A DNA stretch of 64,000 nucleotides, taken from the NCBI GenBank assembly GCA_904063045.1, contig CAJFCJ010000002.1, positions 372,001 to 436,000 of the forward strand, written 5' to 3'. This DNA is from Dimorphilus gyrociliatus (Eukaryota > Animalia > Annelida). A model generated the notes under the pieces. The model searched no databases. It was not told the origin of the DNA and worked only from the letters and a program-made list of their open reading frames with translations. The position numbers were made by a program, and so were the translations under genes. Shown in pieces: positions 63,681 through 64,000 of the stretch (within the stretch, counting starts at the first letter, position 1; each line of letters begins with the position of its first letter).

Positions 63681-64000
63681 GTCTGCAGTGTAAATACATA
63701 TGCGTGATGGAATTTTTTAAGAACACGCAGAGGTTTCCTCGGAGGGGATTTGTTCGAGATAAACGGAGTGTAGGGTCGTAAATGATATAGGCCCCAAATT
63801 TTACAACTGACATCTAATTTGAAGACTTTCAATTTGCGAGCTACTAAAAAAAATTTATCCACGCCTGGCTCCTAAAATGCAACGAACGAATCCTAATAAA
63901 AGTGTCAGTTATCCTGAAGTTATAGTAGCTTTTAACAAGTTGACAATAAATGAATTTTATACAATTGAATATTAACGAGCGTTTCCATTTAGAAACAGTA

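Noticed and set aside
62649-63862. ORFs 62649-62942, 63263-63469 and 63671-63862 as coding exons or the INK4-like 5' end
   Set aside because: No frame gave an ankyrin repeat or other domain, and I could not link them by consistent splice phases.

Overview
Eukaryotic (animal) genomic DNA: AT-rich, gene-dense, with mostly 50-100 bp GT-AG introns and several intronless genes. The gene content (PHF24, TMEM72-like, INK4-like, RUNX, LINES, CTCF-type motifs) plus the compaction suggest a compact lophotrochozoan genome, for example the miniature annelid Dimorphilus. That assignment is an inference, not proven. About 23 protein-coding genes could be assembled by hand: KIF1A/unc-104 (partial), MCEE, LINS1, a TRPC channel, two orphan Cys-loop receptors, RUNX, two class A GPCRs, PHF24/GINIP, a degenerate MCCC2 paralogue, PARPBP, COMMD4, IMPAD1/BPNT2, an NCS-1-type Ca2+ sensor, a Sel1-repeat membrane protein, TMEM72-like, UQCC2, DNAL1, an INK4-like ankyrin protein and small orphan genes. 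The highlights are absent from, or only fragmentary in, the ORF track: (1) a two-exon insulin/relaxin-like prepropeptide at 50269-49127 (-) with unusual CC-X5-C spacing; (2) a PHF24/GINIP orthologue with an N-myristoylation motif, a PHD finger and four near-canonical EF-hands, tail-to-tail with an atypical GPCR; (3) an INK4-like ankyrin protein fused to a C-terminal SOCS box; (4) 11 exact non-coding copies of a CTCF-like core; (5) tandem RFX X-boxes at the NCS promoter; (6) motif deviations in RUNX (WRPF-YSQ) and TRPC (LFW to LIF). No rRNA, tRNA, CRISPR array or recognisable transposon was seen. All exon boundaries were read manually and need RNA-seq confirmation.
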